Of a stretch of 64,000 bases of DNA, positions 60,600-64,000 are shown in pieces. Made by a program: the position numbers and the translations under genes. Positions within the stretch are counted from its first letter, which is position 1, and each line of letters starts with the position of its first letter. The notes below the pieces were generated by a model that saw only the letters and a program-made list of their open reading frames with translations, was not told the origin of the DNA and searched no databases. This DNA is from Azolla caroliniana (lineage: Eukaryota; Plantae; Polypodiophyta), in NCBI GenBank assembly GCA_043228905.1, contig JBHGNT010000002.1:12648001-12712000 (forward strand), in the 5' to 3' direction.

Positions 60600-61920
60600 C
60601 GATTCTACCATTAGAGCCGTTCCAAAAATGGGGCTTAGATTTTGTCGGCCCATTCAAGCCAACGGCAGCTCGAACCAACAACAGGTATATCATCGTAGCA
60701 ACAGATTATTGTACGGAATGGGTGGAGGCAAAAGCACTGAGAGACAATACAGCCGCATCAACCGCGAAGTTCTTATACGAAAATATATGGTGCCGATTCG
60801 GCTTTTCGATTGAATTGATCAGTGATCAAGGTGGACACTTAATTAACAAGGTCATTCAAGGACTAACACTTGATTATGCTGTGGTGCACAAAAAGAGTAC
60901 ATTGTATTATCCACAGGCCAATGGACTAGCTGAATCCACTAATAAGACACTACAAACAATTTTGAAGAAAATTGTCAATGAAAATAGAACAGATTGGAAC
61001 CATAAGCTTCACAGTGCACTATGGGCATATTGAACGAGTTATAAAACGAGTATTTATTGAGAAATGAGAAAAACAACTTTATTCTCAATAATATACATAT
61101 ATGTCACAGTAGGAGAGAGAAAACACAGAGATAACTTTTTGCACGACGAGAAGGTTCCTCTTAAAGGCCAAGATCTGGCCGTTGGGATAACTAGCTGTTG
61201 TGGCTAGCTAGCCGTTGGGCTAGCCGTTTTGGCTATAACTTATCATTCTCAAAAGTATTCAATTGACGTCGTTCCGGCTGGATTTCGGACTGGAAGCAGT
61301 CATGCCGATAGAGTTCCTAGTCTCAAATTTACGTGTGCAACTGCCGGAGTGGCTAAATGAAGAGGAGGCTGAGCAGAAGAGACTAGAACAATTGATGATG
61401 CTGGAAGAGGATAGGCTGCGAGGTATGTGGCAGATGGAGCAGGCTCAAGCCAGAGGAAGGCATTTGTCGGTCGCCATAGTAAGGGCAATGAGAGGATGTT
61501 CAGGATCAGCAATCCCATATTGGTATTTCAGACTCGGATGGGACTCATGCCGAGAAAGTTAAGGTTCGCTAGACAGGACCATACTGAATCATAGACGAGT
61601 CGAATGGGACATATCAGATAGGCACATTGGCTGGAGGACAGAAGTGGGTCAATGGGTTCCGAATAAAACCCTATCTAGGGCCGACACCGCCTAACCCATT
61701 TGCCGACAAAAAGAAAAGCCGAAGTAATTTGCCCGAAGCAGCAATGGCCAAAAAAGAGGAAGGCAGACACAGATTCACCAAAATAGAGGGCCGAAACAAA
61801 GTCCGAAGAACCGGGGCCGAAGAGGTAGCAGTCAAATCAACCTCGCGAGAAGAACCTCTTCCAAATCAAGGTGAAAGAGCTAGTTTAGTAAATTTTCTGT
61901 ACTATAGATGTAAATAAACG
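60600..61920 (+). pseudogene. pol: Non-chromovirus Ty3/gypsy integrase fragment and 3' region
   Basis: PFQKWGLDFVGP, IVATDY, ELISDQGGH, YYPQANGLAESTNKTL, ALWAY, FRL.FGLEAVMPIEF, VNGFRIKPY. Confidence 0.88.
61055..61254. mobile_element. 200-bp insertion (tiny solo LTR or MITE)
   Basis: Perfect TSD GTATT, inverted termini TATTGAGAA...TTCTCAAAA (decayed TG...CA). Removing it restores integrase TSYKTSI-QLTSFRL. Confidence 0.8.
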
Positions 61921-62217
61921 GTTATTTTTCAGTTCTCGACAATTATTGAAAAAAAAGGAAGAAAAAGAAAAGGCAACCGTCAGTAATTGCCATTAAATAA
62001 CTTTTCCACATTTTATCACCACACCAAGCAAAGACGAACGCGTATTTATCGGGAAAAGAAAGTACAATCATCAAACGACGGGTGACAGGTAAAACAAAAG
62101 ATGGAAAGGAGATTGTTAAAAACTGACGAAGGCGTGTCATTTAGGAACAGAAGAAGGGGAATAGAGATAACAACTGAGAGAAGGAGAAAGAAAGAAAGAT
62201 ATCTTAACGTCTTTTAA

Positions 62218-63502
62218 GAGGCCAAAATGGCCTATAAGACCAAATAAGAGATTACATCTTAAGTGTTATCTCGTCTTTGAGAACAAATCAAAATAAAATA
62301 AATATTACAATGTAAATATAAAAGTAAATAACATGAAAAGAAAAGAAATGAGGGAATCTGGTTTTTGGCACATGTGAGATCCTCAAGTTAGGTATATTGT
62401 AGCTTTTGTCTTCGAAAGATCTCTAGCATAGGTCAATCTAGAATGGAAATGTGTCCGAAGCGAGGGAAGCACCTACGGTAGTGGGAGATAATGGCTTTTA
62501 TCTATCGATGACAAGGGTGTCGAGGTCGTGGTCCATGGGGCCGTGGCCTACGTGCACGGCAATTTGCCATTGCCCGATCAATTGTAACCCCTTTGTTATG
62601 TCCTGGTCTAAAGCCCATTTGTGTATCCCGGGGTTGACTTCTAGCATTAGGAGTGATGGGGCTAAAGAATGTTGTGATTGTTCTTTGTGGATGAGCTTGT
62701 GTGGCTGTATTCTTCAACAACTTTTCCCGATGTCTCTTGAGCTCTAGCAAGAAAATTCCTAGGCATCGTTGGACCTCATATTCCATTACCTTGCGTAGTG
62801 GGCCAAAGCCTTGTTTAAAGAGGCAATGGTATCTCCCTCTGATTTCATAAAAGACACTACAATAACAAACATAGTGTTCTTCAGATTCCACTCCTTGATG
62901 ACACAATTGGCAAATTCTCTCTTCTAGAGGTAGTCGTGTATATCTGCCTACCTCAATCTGTAGCTGATGTGATGAAGTTCGCAGCTGCCCTATCACACTA
63001 CGCAGCACATAGGATAGATGTATGTCCATATAAGGTGGCCTGATAACAAATCCATCCGCCGATGTATGTAAGAAGTGTGTCTTATAGTGGGCCATCTTTG
63101 TACCAAGTGGTATTTTGGGGCTGATCCATGTTATCTTGTTTTCCAAGTTAATAATATCAGTTCGTATCACTCTATTCTTTACCACTTTGGTCATATTTAG
63201 ATGGGGACAGTCCAAGCTATATTGGAACGGGGGTAGTGCATTTATACTCATGCCATGTGACTCGAACGATTGCTGCATTTTAGCATACCAACAATGAGTG
63301 TCTCCATTTTCAGCCAGTTGTTTTGATGACATAAGTACCAACCTTGGGTACCTTCGTTTAGGGAGCTCCCAAAGACGTTGGATAAATGTCACTGATCGGA
63401 ACAACGCCTCGGTTATTATAGGTGCTGCCCCCATCTCTGCCGGGATTATATCGTGGGGCACCGATGCTTTGCTCCTTATCATGCGAGCAATCATTGACAC
63501 TA
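62218..63502 (-). mobile_element. Non-LTR retrotransposon 3' portion (RTEX/CR1-like ORF2 C-terminus, 62502-63500)
   Basis: AEMGAAPI, QLRTSSHQLQIEVGRY...EERICQLC...ESEEHYVCYC (LINE C-terminal Zn finger), followed by 3' UTR. Confidence 0.8.
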
Positions 63503-64000
63503 AAGGCCAAAATGGCCTATAAGACCAAACAAGAGATTACATCTTAAGTGTTGTCTCGTCTTTGAGAACAAATCAAAATAAAATAAAAATTACTCAGTAA
63601 ATATATAAGTAAATAAGATAAAAAGAGATGGGTTTTTGGCACATGTGAGATTCTCAAGTTAGATAAATCATAACTTTTGTCTTAGAAAGATCTCTAGCAT
63701 AGGTCAATCTAGAATGGAGAGGTCTCTGAAGCTACTAGGGAAGCACCTACTATGGCGGGAGATAATGGCCTTTATCTGTCGATGACAAGGGTGTTGAGGT
63801 TGTGGTTCATGGAGCCGGTGCCTACGTGCTCTACAAATTTCTATTGCCCGATCTATTGTAATCCCTTTGTTATGTAATTGTCGAGAGGCCATTTGTGTAT
63901 CTCTTGATAGACTTGTAGCATTAGTAGGAGTGATGGGCCTAAAGAAAGTTGTAATTGTTCTTTGTGGATGAGCTTGTGTGGTTGTATTATTGTCCTTCAA
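63503..64000 (-). mobile_element. 3' end of a second copy of the same LINE family
   Basis: Direct repeat of ~62218-62720 (AGGCCAAAATGGCCTATAAGACC...; TQAHPQRTITTFF). Confidence 0.85.

Overview
A gene-free, heavily nested transposon region from a land-plant nuclear genome. The element mix (Tcn1-like chromovirus, Sola2-like transposon, RTEX/CR1-like LINE) suggests a fern or other non-seed plant; this is inference. Most of the window is degenerate Ty1/copia and Ty3/gypsy LTR retrotransposons, many resolvable by LTR pairs, PBS/PPT and 5-bp TSDs. Four things stand out. (1) A ~10.3-kb Sola2-like DNA transposon (25-bp TIRs at 34949 and 45259) carries a broken transposase, a convergent and apparently intact 5-exon ~444-aa coiled-coil/RING-finger gene, and kilobase arrays of the 14-bp palindrome TAGCTAATTAGCTA, one inside an intron of that gene. 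(2) Two different non-autonomous gypsy-like elements lack a polypurine tract. Both instead carry a conserved tRNA-3'-end-like motif ending in CCA next to the 3' LTR, so each has two inward-facing PBS-like sites. (3) A TATA box plus minimal type I hammerhead ribozyme sits in a tandemly repeated, Penelope-pLTR-like unit. (4) A tRNA-derived segment lies inside a chromovirus LTR. All calls come from reading the sequence by eye; no database searches were run.
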